Below, piece after piece: positions 19,132 to 27,638 of a stretch of 64,000 nucleotides of DNA (positions are counted from its first letter, which is position 1; every line of letters begins with the position of its first letter). The notes under the pieces were generated by a model. It worked only from the letters and a program-made list of their open reading frames with translations, searched no databases and had not been told where the DNA came from. The translations under genes were made by a program, and so were the position numbers. Source of the DNA: an uncultured virus (IMG/VR IMGVR_UViG_3300025635_000023) (Duplodnaviria > Heunggongvirae > Uroviricota > Caudoviricetes); IMG/VR virus record IMGVR_UViG_3300025635_000023; one strand, written 5' to 3'.

Positions 19132-19668
19132 CTACAGAATTGTTATTGTCTGGTTGGAAAAAATAACAAATTCTGCAAAAACACAATTCAGCCACTTCTC
19201 AAGCCGTTTGGGGTACGGCTGAGACCACGTAGTCCCTTTTGAGTATCCCATGGTGGTGAGATATCCACTGCGAAACAGCTTACTATTAACCCGGAAACGG
19301 TTAAGATACTCGGGAACTTGTTCTTTCTTACGGCCAAACTGCTCGGTTGCAATTAAGCCGTTAACGATCTGAACCAAGTGGTCTTCTTTGTCCAAATTTA
19401 CTTTGAACATTTCTGACACATCACCGCTTGCATCGGTGAAGGTAGGCGTCCACTCGTTGATCCAGCGGTCTCCAGCTGAGAAATCACCGTCGAACAGATA
19501 CGGCCAGTCGGGTGTGTCTGAGTAAACTACCTCTGAGTCATCTCGGATCACGAGGACATGCCAGCCTTCTGCAAGGCGCTGACGCACCTGTTGCATTGCT
19601 TGCATACGGTCGAAGACGATCATGTCGAACACGCGAAAGTTGCGGGCAGAGAGTATCTTGTACTCCAT
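19132..19668 (-). CDS. Hypothetical protein
   Basis: AGGAGG RBS after a T-rich tract. Confidence 0.65.
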   Translation of the reverse strand: MEYKILSARNFRVFDMIVFDRMQAMQQVRQRLAEGWHVLVIRDDSEVVYSDTPDWPYLFDGDFSAGDRWINEWTPTFTDASGDVSEMFKVNLDKEDHLVQIVNGLIATEQFGRKKEQVPEYLNRFRVNSKLFRSGYLTTMGYSKGTTWSQPYPKRLEKWLNCVFAEFVIFSNQTITIL

Positions 19669-19724
19669 AGGGTGTACCTCCTAAAAAAGAAATAATAAGA
19701 AAACCAAAACAAGGGCAAACAAAA

Positions 19725-20084
19725 TCATGCAGTGATGTGTTTGGTGTGCCATTCATCAATCTTTGTGATTACTTCTTTTAGCTCTAACAACAATTTGCGT
19801 TGCTGGCCTCCTTTAATGAGTGATAGAGAGTTTACCACCTCTCGACAGAGGGAGTATAAAATTCCCTCAAACGCATCATTCCAGTAAGCGACCTCCTTGT
19901 TCGAAGCCTGAAAAGCCTCGGCACCAAGTGCCAGCGAGTCTATCACGACGCGTGCGATCGTCGACGAGGGCAAAAAAGCGGCGGAACTGGTCCGCTCGCA
20001 CTCTACCAACTCGCTTACTAGTCGAGCTGTCTCTGCGAGTAGTACTCGCAATTGCTGTTGTGCTGTTTGTGGTACTTGAGCCAT
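19725..20084 (-). CDS. Hypothetical protein
   Basis: Coupled to the upstream gene. Confidence 0.55.
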   Translation of the reverse strand: MAQVPQTAQQQLRVLLAETARLVSELVECERTSSAAFLPSSTIARVVIDSLALGAEAFQASNKEVAYWNDAFEGILYSLCREVVNSLSLIKGGQQRKLLLELKEVITKIDEWHTKHITA

Positions 20085-20085
20085 C

Positions 20086-20451
20086 TTACTCACCTTCTTT
20101 CATTATTGTATAGTCAATCCAAATCTTACCGTTTGTTAACCGGCACCGATGGGCACCAGTAATCCATTGGCCAGCACGCGTGTGAAATGCACCCATGTGC
20201 ATATTGTACTGCAGTTGTACTGGCGTATTTTCTACGCTTTGTACTACAGTGCCCTGCACAAAGGCGTGCACGTTTCTTCGCTTCTCGCGAAGAGCACGCT
20301 GGCGTCCTCCGTGTTGGATGATGAAGTTTACGTCAACGAGGGCAATCTCGGGGACGTGGGCGGTGACTTTCCACCGCCCCTCCACTTTCTCTTGTACCGA
20401 GAACATTTGCTTTCGCAAGTTCCGGTATACCCGGACCGTTTTCCCTTCCAT
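20086..20451 (-). CDS. Conserved phage hypothetical protein
   Basis: VRVYRNL...FSVQ...RQRALREKRRNVHAFV pattern recurrent in phages; AGGAG RBS. Confidence 0.7.
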   Translation of the reverse strand: MEGKTVRVYRNLRKQMFSVQEKVEGRWKVTAHVPEIALVDVNFIIQHGGRQRALREKRRNVHAFVQGTVVQSVENTPVQLQYNMHMGAFHTRAGQWITGAHRCRLTNGKIWIDYTIMKEGE

Positions 20452-20461
20452 GTTTTTTCTC

Positions 20462-20866
20462 CTAGAAAAAGTACATGCGCGCACCATCGTGGTGCACGAG
20501 CCATAGAGCAATCCATACCCGCTTGTTGCCTCGACCGGGCTCTTTAACAAGACCCCATTTCATATTATACCAGCTGTTACCGGATGGGGCCATAATCCGA
20601 GGAATGTCTGTCACTGTCTTGAACGTGACGGTTATTGGTTGCATGCCCTGCCATGTGGGCCAAAATGTTGCCCACGTCCGAGGGCGGAAATGCTTACTCG
20701 CTTCCTGAACAAAGTCTTCGAGAAGGTTCTTTCCACAATCACCGTTGCATTCCTTCGCAGGTTCCCAGTCCTGCTTTTCTTCATTGAATATTGAGCAGAA
20801 GCACTCGTCTGTGACGAGGCTAAACAGCTCCTCGGGCTTCACGTCGCGTTTGTGCTTAATTAACAC
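20462..20866 (-). CDS. Hypothetical protein
   Basis: GTG start after AAGGAG. Confidence 0.6.
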   Translation of the reverse strand: MLIKHKRDVKPEELFSLVTDECFCSIFNEEKQDWEPAKECNGDCGKNLLEDFVQEASKHFRPRTWATFWPTWQGMQPITVTFKTVTDIPRIMAPSGNSWYNMKWGLVKEPGRGNKRVWIALWLVHHDGARMYFF

Positions 20867-20877
20867 TGTGTTACTCC

Positions 20878-21093
20878 TTAATTTATTAATTGATACGGCA
20901 GAAATCCCGGGATGGCCTTACCATTTCGGTAGGCGGACCATACCCAGCCCGTGTGGTCTACTACAAGAAACACTACCCCGGGATACGCCCGGGACTGTTC
21001 CTTGGCCATCGCCGCGGCTTTTTTATAATTGCCGATACCCCACGATTGCCATTGGCCGTCGGGGTGTGACCTGACCGAGAATGACTGTGTCAT
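20878..21093 (-). CDS. Hypothetical protein
   Basis: MTQSFS after AAGGAG. Confidence 0.6.
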   Translation of the reverse strand: MTQSFSVRSHPDGQWQSWGIGNYKKAAAMAKEQSRAYPGVVFLVVDHTGWVWSAYRNGKAIPGFLPYQLIN

Positions 21094-21103
21094 TGTTTTC
21101 TCC

Positions 21104-21337
21104 TTAGACTTTCTTTGCAACTACTTGCCATCCATTGTACGTGCGCTTGCACACGAAATGGGCCATGCGTGTGGTGGCAGTCTTGTATTCCGCTCCTGAC
21201 AGCGCTTGGTCTAGTGTGCAATATTCACTGCGACTCTGCCCGAGTTTCACAATCTGGCCAATCTGAAGGCGCCGTGCGCCTGCTTGCCACTGAGATACAA
21301 CCGAGTACATTGCCGGGGTAATTGGTGCGTACTTCAT
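21104..21337 (-). CDS. Hypothetical protein
   Basis: AGGAG after a T tract. Confidence 0.55.
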   Translation of the reverse strand: MKYAPITPAMYSVVSQWQAGARRLQIGQIVKLGQSRSEYCTLDQALSGAEYKTATTRMAHFVCKRTYNGWQVVAKKV

Positions 21338-21425
21338 CTTACCATACTCCTGTGTGAAAAAAAAATAAAAAAAAAACCAAGGTACCCATCTATTTATATA
21401 CCGCGGATGGGAACGCGGGTGGATA

Positions 21426-21734
21426 CTAGAGGGTTTTGTCGAGTTCGCGGAACGCCTTGCGAGTGGCTTCGCGGGCTGCGTTCTTGCCGTGGGCGTACCC
21501 TGTGGCGTACCCCTGCTTCAGGCCTTCCTTGACACCCTCGATGCGGGCATCGTGTACACGCTGTTGAAGCGCGGACATCTGCGAGTGCAACGGGCGCTGA
21601 GTCAACTCCCTTTTGAGCTCCCGTCGTTGTTCTAACAACGTGTCGATGACCTTGTTTTGCTGAAGGTGGTCACGAACCCACAGGACCAGCACGCCGACCA
21701 AGGTGATGCCCAAGATGATGGAAACGTACAACAT
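21426..21734 (-). CDS. Membrane-anchored coiled-coil protein
   Basis: N-terminal hydrophobic MLYVSIILGITLVGVLVLW; GxxxG repeats (EGVKEGLKQGYATGYAHG). Confidence 0.65.
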   Translation of the reverse strand: MLYVSIILGITLVGVLVLWVRDHLQQNKVIDTLLEQRRELKRELTQRPLHSQMSALQQRVHDARIEGVKEGLKQGYATGYAHGKNAAREATRKAFRELDKTL

Positions 21735-21860
21735 AACACACACGTCCTTTCTCGACGTTGGCGAGCGTACACTGTGCACACTCGCAGGGCTGCGTCCCGC
21801 AACTCACCCAGATTCGCGGCGTTGGGATCCTAACAGTGTAAAAAGAAAAAAAAATTTGTT

Positions 21861-22169
21861 TCAGAATCCTCTAGGTCTAAAACGTTTGCGGAATTGTTCC
21901 AGTGGGATAACCTCCCACGGAGTTTCAGCCAGTAATTTGGCCTTAGAAAGAGAGTACTGACACTGCGTGACTGTCGAGATAGTGTGGACTCCGTCCACAT
22001 TGATGTCAAACTCGCACAGAGCGAGTGCCTGTTGCAGGCTTACTCGCCGATGTGCCAGCGCGGTTATCACGCGTCCCTGCGGGGCGCCCCCGCCCCGTAC
22101 CACGCGGATAATTTGAATTGTGATTGCCGAGTACGTCTCGGCGTGGTCTCCGTCGTGTTTGTACGGCAT
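21861..22169 (-). CDS. Hypothetical protein
   Basis: MPYKHD after AAGGAGG. Confidence 0.6.
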   Translation of the reverse strand: MPYKHDGDHAETYSAITIQIIRVVRGGGAPQGRVITALAHRRVSLQQALALCEFDINVDGVHTISTVTQCQYSLSKAKLLAETPWEVIPLEQFRKRFRPRGF

Positions 22170-22187
22170 ACTAACCTCCTTGTTGAG

Positions 22188-22322
22188 AAAAAAAAAGAAA
22201 ACACAGAAAGACACAGTCAAAAGAAAACAAAAACATGCGCGAACTGTGGGGAATGCGTGGATAAGAGAATTGCTATCAAAAAAAAACCAACCACCGATTG
22301 CTCAGCGGTTGGTTTTTTTTTA
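22188..22322 (-). repeat. Terminator plus leader cassette, copy a (diverged)
   Basis: Hairpin AACCAACCACCGATTGCTCAGCGGTTGGTT shared with 23338-23366; leader similar to other copies. Confidence 0.75.
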
Positions 22323-22532
22323 TTGTGAGTTGGGAATTGGGAACTCTCGACGGAGCGTCTCAACCCCGCGGGGGTTGTTCTCCACAATCACTTCGCGGAA
22401 AGGTTCTCCGCTGGGGTCATCGTTGTGCCATACAACGAAGACCTCCTCACCTTGCCCAAGTGTGTACCAGAGTACTGTGTAGTGCCCTGCGGTGGCGTAG
22501 AGTTGTTTGTGTAGTTCGGGATTGATTACCAT
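22320..22532 (-). CDS. Hypothetical protein
   Basis: GAGGAGG RBS. Confidence 0.6.
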   Translation of the reverse strand: MVINPELHKQLYATAGHYTVLWYTLGQGEEVFVVWHNDDPSGEPFREVIVENNPRGVETLRREFPIPNSQ

Positions 22533-22548
22533 TTCCTACCTCCTCAAC

Positions 22549-22626
22549 TAAAAAAAAGAAAAAGATAAAAACCACAATCAGACAAGACACAAACATGTGG
22601 GGAATGTCGGGAATTGTCTGATTGTG
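22549..22626 (-). repeat. Leader cassette, copy b (with 13-bp inverted repeat)
   Basis: CACAATCAGACAA ... TTGTCTGATTGTG. Confidence 0.75.
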
Positions 22627-22743
22627 TTGTACATGACTATGCCCAGTACGTACTGGACAACCTGCCGAGCCGGTTATACCGTTTGTACCGACGTTGGTGT
22701 AACTTGACCATGACATCACCTCCTCTAACATTATAGAATAAAA

Positions 22744-22785
22744 CCTCACATCTTACCTCGGGTGAGCGTTGAGGGTGATGGACTA
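22744..22785 (-). repeat. Intergenic structured motif B (H-type pseudoknot-like), copy 1
   Basis: Minus strand CCTC-AACGCTCACCC-GAGG-TAAGAT-GTGAG. Confidence 0.8.
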
Positions 22786-23226
22786 GAACGGGCAACCGCC
22801 GTTCGCCTCCATCTCGGCCCGTTCCTTGGCCTTCTCGCGGGCTATCTCTTTGGCCCGGCGCCGGTCGTCGGCAGCTTGCCAAATCCAATACTTCCCGACC
22901 AATGAGCGAAACTGACACGCTCTGGACCGTCGCCAGTAGCGCTCTTGTGACGCCAGTCCATTGGCATCGCGTGCGGTGAAGGTTTTGTCATCGAGCTGGC
23001 GAATGAGGCGCATCAGCGCCATCGCCGTCACCCGAATGGTGTCATCCGACACTTCGAATTTGGCTTTCTCCAGCCATTCGAGCCGGTCAACCATTCCGCT
23101 CCACTCCTCCGCATAGGCCGTCTGGCCCAGCGGGCATGGGCGTGTGGCATGCAAGTACCGAATCTCCTCCGACACTTTCTCGACCCACTTGGCCGAGCAC
23201 AGGACGTATGGTTTTCGTGCAGTCAT
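22783..23226 (-). CDS. Hypothetical protein
   Basis: MTARKP after AAGGAG. Confidence 0.65.
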   Translation of the reverse strand: MTARKPYVLCSAKWVEKVSEEIRYLHATRPCPLGQTAYAEEWSGMVDRLEWLEKAKFEVSDDTIRVTAMALMRLIRQLDDKTFTARDANGLASQERYWRRSRACQFRSLVGKYWIWQAADDRRRAKEIAREKAKERAEMEANGGCPF

Positions 23227-23243
23227 GACAAACTCCTTAACTG

Positions 23244-23368
23244 AAAAAAGAAAGAAAACAAAACCACAATCAGACAAGACAAAAACATGTGTGACTGTGT
23301 GGAATGTGTGGATAAGCATCAAGCGAACAAAAAAAAACCAACCACCGATTGCTCAGTGGTTGGTTTGT
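23244..23368 (-). repeat. Terminator plus leader cassette, copy c
   Basis: CACAATCAGACAAGACAAAAACATGTGTGACTGTGTGGAATGTG shared with 24608 and (one mismatch) 25697. Confidence 0.85.
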
Positions 23369-23380
23369 GTTGTGAAAATG

Positions 23381-23770
23381 CTACTTGTTGCGAAGGAGTA
23401 TCTCCATCACCTCTGCGCGCACGCTAACCACCGTGCGCCGTGTTGACGGCATCAGGTAGTTATCCTGTACTGCCAAGAGACGATGGGATAGTTGCTTCCC
23501 TGTGGCAGCGATTTGCCGACGATTGCGGTCGCGAACCGCCTCGTCAAAATCGCGTTGCTCACGAGCAATCTGGACGAACTCGTACACCATGTGAACGAGC
23601 GTGCAAACGGCGGCGAAGGCCACGCCTGCCGCAAAGGCCACGCCTGCCAACCGCGCGCTGGGGTACAGCACGTAAGCCACGATGGCGAAAATGCTGGCGC
23701 CAGCAAGGTGAACCGGGTTGATTGTGCGAACTACTAACGTGAGGATTGAGTTCAGGATTAGTCGAGCCAT
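23381..23770 (-). CDS. Membrane protein, two predicted TM segments
   Basis: Hydrophobic stretches in the N-terminal half. Confidence 0.6.
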   Translation of the reverse strand: MARLILNSILTLVVRTINPVHLAGASIFAIVAYVLYPSARLAGVAFAAGVAFAAVCTLVHMVYEFVQIAREQRDFDEAVRDRNRRQIAATGKQLSHRLLAVQDNYLMPSTRRTVVSVRAEVMEILLRNK

Positions 23771-23832
23771 GGTGATTTGTCCTTTCTGTGGACATTGGCG
23801 AGCTACACAGTGTAGACTCGCAATTATTACTA

Positions 23833-23874
23833 CCTCACATCTAACCTCAGGTGAGCGTTGAGGGCGATGGACTA
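23833..23874 (-). repeat. Intergenic structured motif B, copy 2
   Basis: CCTCA-ACGCTCACC-TGAGG-TTAGAT-GTGAG. Confidence 0.8.
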
Positions 23875-24168
23875 GAAGTTGAAGAGAGCTCTTATACTCT
23901 CAGTGAAAGTGCGGGCGTAGCCCTTGGAACCAAGGATTTTTCGACCGGTTGTCAACCGGCCGTCACTACCCAACGCAACCTTGGATACTTCTACGCAGAC
24001 GTCCCACTCGCAAATTGCATGGGATGCGTACCTCCACGCGATTTTTTCGTTCATCGAGTCCCCGAATCCGTGGACGATGGAAACTACCTCACCAACATAA
24101 TGCTCTCCGAGTGAGGTCCACCCGACCTTGCTGACCGTTACCACGTACGCGTGTTTGTCCTGATTCAT
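23872..24168 (-). CDS. Hypothetical protein
   Basis: AAGGAG RBS. Confidence 0.6.
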   Translation of the reverse strand: MNQDKHAYVVTVSKVGWTSLGEHYVGEVVSIVHGFGDSMNEKIAWRYASHAICEWDVCVEVSKVALGSDGRLTTGRKILGSKGYARTFTESIRALFNF

Positions 24169-24186
24169 CTCACATCTCCTTCAACT

Positions 24187-24245
24187 AAAAAAAGAAAACA
24201 ATAAAACCACAATCCAGACAAGTCAGAAACCTGTCTGGATTGTGC
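24187..24245 (-). repeat. Leader cassette, copy d (with 13-bp inverted repeat)
   Basis: CACAATCCAGACA ... TGTCTGGATTGTG. Confidence 0.7.
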
Positions 24246-24258
24246 GGAGTTGGCCAAT

Positions 24259-24591
24259 CTACTCACAATCGGAGCGATGGCGCTCTCGAAACGAGAGCCG
24301 TTCCGGTTTTGGTTCAGCACGCTTGCGCTGAATTTCGGCCCAGTCCTCAGGGCTATACGTGTGAACATAGCAGTGGTATCGGTTTCCGTGTTTCCTATAA
24401 GTACGCGGAAACTGGAAATCACCACTGGCCGTAGCCCATTGGTTGATGATGGCCTCGTGCTGAGGCATCGCAAGAATGCAAGCCTCCCGAGGGCTATGCG
24501 CTGTAACCTTCCAAATTACTTCTCTATGGAGGTGAAGACCTCCATAGATACCGATGAAATAGACACTGCCAACGACTACATACTCAGCCAT
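24259..24591 (-). CDS. Hypothetical protein
   Basis: MAEYVV after GGAG. Confidence 0.55.
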   Translation of the reverse strand: MAEYVVVGSVYFIGIYGGLHLHREVIWKVTAHSPREACILAMPQHEAIINQWATASGDFQFPRTYRKHGNRYHCYVHTYSPEDWAEIQRKRAEPKPERLSFRERHRSDCE

Positions 24592-24607
24592 AACAAACTC
24601 CAATCAA

Positions 24608-24738
24608 TAAAAAAAAAGAAAACACAGAAAGACACAATCAGACAAGACAAAAACATGTGTGACTGTGTGGAATGTGGGGATAAGCACCAAGCGAACAAAA
24701 AAAAACAGCTAACGCAGATTTCGCGTTAGCTGTTTTTC
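24608..24738 (-). repeat. Terminator plus leader cassette, copy e
   Basis: Leader matches copy c; terminator AACAGCTAACGC/GCGTTAGCTGTT. Confidence 0.85.
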
Positions 24739-24746
24739 TGTGAGCG

Positions 24747-25109
24747 CTACTCGTTCAAGTAGTACGGAGGGAGCGCATTAGCTTCCCAGTCGTAGTCATC
24801 TTCGAGTTTCGGGTAGTACAGCTTAGGGTACTGCTCAGCAATCTCTAGCATGAGTTTTACATATTTTTGTGAGATGCCAACCTCGCCCAAAAACATTTGA
24901 GCGTGGAACCGCATCATTAAGGAGCAACTCCACCCATCACGCGCCCAATCAGCGCACATGAGCGTGGCATACCCACGAACAATGTCGCGGATTGAAAGAC
25001 TGGGAATAACGATTGATTCTGGCCCGAGTTTGAGCTGATACACGCGACCCATCCGAGTCACGTCTTTCAGATAGGCGGGAAATTTGTACCGACGTTGTGA
25101 GAACTGCAT
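24747..25109 (-). CDS. Hypothetical protein
   Basis: AAAGGAG RBS. Confidence 0.6.
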   Translation of the reverse strand: MQFSQRRYKFPAYLKDVTRMGRVYQLKLGPESIVIPSLSIRDIVRGYATLMCADWARDGWSCSLMMRFHAQMFLGEVGISQKYVKLMLEIAEQYPKLYYPKLEDDYDWEANALPPYYLNE

Positions 25110-25167
25110 GATGTGCTCCTTTCAAGAGCGTAAGTGGATCTACACTGCGTAGTCCGCGATGATAAAC

Positions 25168-25212
25168 TCTCACATCCTTTACTGCAGGTGAGCGTTGCAG
25201 GTGAACTGACTA
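25168..25212 (-). repeat. Intergenic structured motif B, copy 3
   Basis: CTGCA-ACGCTCACC-TGCAG-TAAAGGAT-GTGAG (compensated stem). Confidence 0.8.
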
Positions 25213-25674
25213 CCAGTTGAGAAACTCAATCTCATCGCTGCAATTGATTGCAGCGCGATAATGGTTCCAGTCCACCATTGCGTCCATGGTGAACTTGTTC
25301 ATTTTTTTCTTCATCAGCACCGCAAGGGTTCCGGTGTGCTCACCCTTGCGATTGTAATGCATGACCAGATCGATCCGCGCCGTGAAGTTGTTTAGCCCAC
25401 CAACTTCTGGATCACCGCTACGGACTTTTGCCCACTGGGCCGTCTTGATGTATACAAACTTACCGTGTTCGTTGGTGGCCACCAACGGCTCGCACTCACC
25501 TTCCGCGAATGTGATCTCGAGCCGATCCGTCTTCTCGACGACCTCGACAGCAGCGTGCACGAGGCCCAGTGCCAAGATAATTGTCTCGGTGTTGAGGGTG
25601 TCGACGTCGCTAGCAGCAGTCTCGATTTGGTTGATGACGGTCTGGTTGTTGGCGAAGTTGTACATGCTGTCCAT
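25210..25674 (-). CDS. Hypothetical protein
   Basis: MDSMYN after AAAGGAG. Confidence 0.65.
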   Translation of the reverse strand: MDSMYNFANNQTVINQIETAASDVDTLNTETIILALGLVHAAVEVVEKTDRLEITFAEGECEPLVATNEHGKFVYIKTAQWAKVRSGDPEVGGLNNFTARIDLVMHYNRKGEHTGTLAVLMKKKMNKFTMDAMVDWNHYRAAINCSDEIEFLNW

Positions 25675-25696
25675 GGTGTTGCTCCTTTCAAGAGCG

Positions 25697-25768
25697 AAAA
25701 AAAAAGAAAATAAATAAAACCACAATCAGACAAAACAAAAACATGTGTGACTGTGTGGAATGTGTGAA
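25697..25768 (-). repeat. Leader cassette, copy f
   Basis: Matches copies c and e. Confidence 0.85.
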
Positions 25769-25947
25769 CACCGCACATAGCGCATAGACGTGGTAGGTGG
25801 TCACAAATCTGGACTATTAATCGACGCAACGGCCCCCCTCATACTGAAATTTTTAAAAAACACTACGAACCGTTTTGATCGCCGCTAAACACGCGTAAAC
25901 AAAAAAAAATCACACCCCTCGAAAGGGGTGCGAAACAAGAACGAGCG

Positions 25948-26352
25948 CTAATGGCCGAGAATCTGCTTGATCGTCGCTCTGGTGACATTGGTGTACTTGT
26001 GGCCACCGAACATTTCAAGGCGAGTGCGGATCTGTGCCGCAAGGTAGTTGTATACCTCGCGTGTCGAGATCTCGCCCTTCCAGTGGCCATTGACGTGCTT
26101 ACCGACGATTGTGTGTACGGTGCGACAATCGCCGTAGAGCTTTAGAAAAGACTGAGGATGCGTTTCAACATGGACAGTGGCCCAGCGTAACGCACGGAGT
26201 AATACAGTAAACTCTGCTTGATTGCTGTCTGCAATTCCGTCCATTTCATATGTCTGATGATGAATGAGCGCAGCCTCGTCCACGCGGTCATCATAGAGTT
26301 TAAAACTGCCATGAATAGTTCCTCCATCAAAATATAAATGTAATGTTCTCAT
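25948..26352 (-). CDS. RNase H-like (RNase HI fold) protein
   Basis: LYFDGG, SNQAEF..LL.AL, LYGDC. Confidence 0.75.
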   Translation of the reverse strand: MRTLHLYFDGGTIHGSFKLYDDRVDEAALIHHQTYEMDGIADSNQAEFTVLLRALRWATVHVETHPQSFLKLYGDCRTVHTIVGKHVNGHWKGEISTREVYNYLAAQIRTRLEMFGGHKYTNVTRATIKQILGH

Positions 26353-26377
26353 AATAAATCCCTTTTTCTATAAAAAA

Positions 26378-26408
26378 GAAACGCCCTCAATTGCGTGAGG
26401 GCGTTTCC
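26378..26408 (-). terminator. Intrinsic terminator after the BMP gene
   Basis: GAAACGCCCTCA/TGAGGGCGTTTC with a T-run on the minus strand. Confidence 0.7.
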
Positions 26409-26417
26409 GTTCATAGA

Positions 26418-27575
26418 TTAGTTACCCGGCGAGGATTGGCCATCAATGCCCTGCAGCAACTGCGTCTGATACCAGATCAACTCATCAATAGTTTCTTGAC
26501 CGGCGGCGACGAAAGTACTGCCATCTTGATATTGCAGCGGCCCAGCCCACATGTCAAAACCATCACGCAATGCAGTAACAAAAAGATCAAGACTTTCGTG
26601 CTGATCAAAAGCGGCGCCGCGATGATACCCGACACCACTGGTCGTATCAAGCGCAGCGTAATCAGGAGCAAACCAGATGAACTGCTGCGTCCATGACTTG
26701 GCCAAATGGGCGTCAACTAATGCAGAGTACTGCGTGTACCAGTTGAAGTATGGCACACCAATACAAGAACCCGGTCCGCGAGCACACGCGTCTTTGAAGT
26801 CGTACGGGATGCTTTTAACGGCTTTTCCCTCGATGTGTGCTTTCTCAACTTCGATAACTACTTCAGGAGTATCGATACCAGACACAATGACATCATAGCC
26901 TTGGGTAATGAAGTCCTTGGTAACCAATGTGGGGTCAAGCGTGACTCCCGGAATATTAAACCAAAAGCCAATCCACTTCACGCTAAAGACGAGCTTGCTT
27001 GGATCTTCAGCACGATACGTTGTCCAACAATAGCGGGCACCAAGATAGGCAGCGTTGACCAAACGGCGGGTTTCGTCATTGATCAATGGCCCTACGTAGG
27101 CAATCTTCCCTGTTTGCGAGGAAAGTGCTGCGGCACACCCTGCGATCATCTTACCGTATTCCATTTTCCCCATGATATTACTCAAGTTCTTCGGTGCCTT
27201 ACCGGTTAGCAGGTCGTCACCGGAAATATGAATAAACGTCACTTCGGGATGCGCTTTTGCAGCCTCGCGAATACTATCCTTAAAGTCGTCCGAGTTTGCA
27301 ATAATCAACGTGGCACCCTGACTAACTAACTCACTGGCCACCTGTTCTGCACTTACGTTGGGACGGTCGCCCGGATTCACCTTGTCCACATACAGAAACT
27401 GAATACCCTTTTCCTCTTCGATGCGTTTCATTGCATCATAGTGTGCCTGACTCCACCCACCGTCGTTCTTTGGCCCGACAAGAATCATTCCCACGGTTTC
27501 CTTTGACTCTGCTGCAGTACCGCATGATACGGCCAATAGCAGCAATACGATACATGCCAAAATTGTTTTACGCAT
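26418..27575 (-). CDS. BMP family (PnrA-like) ABC substrate-binding lipoprotein
   Basis: Lipobox LLLAVSC; VGPKNDGGWSQAH, GKIAYVGP, WIGFWF, GVPYFNW. Confidence 0.85.
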   Translation of the reverse strand: MRKTILACIVLLLLAVSCGTAAESKETVGMILVGPKNDGGWSQAHYDAMKRIEEEKGIQFLYVDKVNPGDRPNVSAEQVASELVSQGATLIIANSDDFKDSIREAAKAHPEVTFIHISGDDLLTGKAPKNLSNIMGKMEYGKMIAGCAAALSSQTGKIAYVGPLINDETRRLVNAAYLGARYCWTTYRAEDPSKLVFSVKWIGFWFNIPGVTLDPTLVTKDFITQGYDVIVSGIDTPEVVIEVEKAHIEGKAVKSIPYDFKDACARGPGSCIGVPYFNWYTQYSALVDAHLAKSWTQQFIWFAPDYAALDTTSGVGYHRGAAFDQHESLDLFVTALRDGFDMWAGPLQYQDGSTFVAAGQETIDELIWYQTQLLQGIDGQSSPGN

Positions 27576-27638
27576 ACACACTCCTCTAAATAAATTGAAA
27601 AAGAAGCGCTCCCAGTTGCCTGAGAGCGCGTCCTTTTT

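Noticed and set aside
22744..23874. Stop-codon readthrough signal (UAG, 8 nt, pseudoknot as in MuLV)
   Set aside because: In-frame stops follow within 10-14 codons, so readthrough would give no meaningful extension.
22744..25212. SAM/SAH riboswitch identity for motif B
   Set aside because: It shares only CAACG and a pseudoknot topology; the remaining consensus and the expected gene context are missing.
22188..25768. CRISPR or integron interpretation of the repeated leaders
   Set aside because: Repeats are separated by whole genes, no integrase is visible and no attC-type ends are evident.
25826..25870. Possible genome terminus or packaging site at the start of the early block
   Set aside because: Only a C-run and a change in sequence character are visible; needs read-end data.
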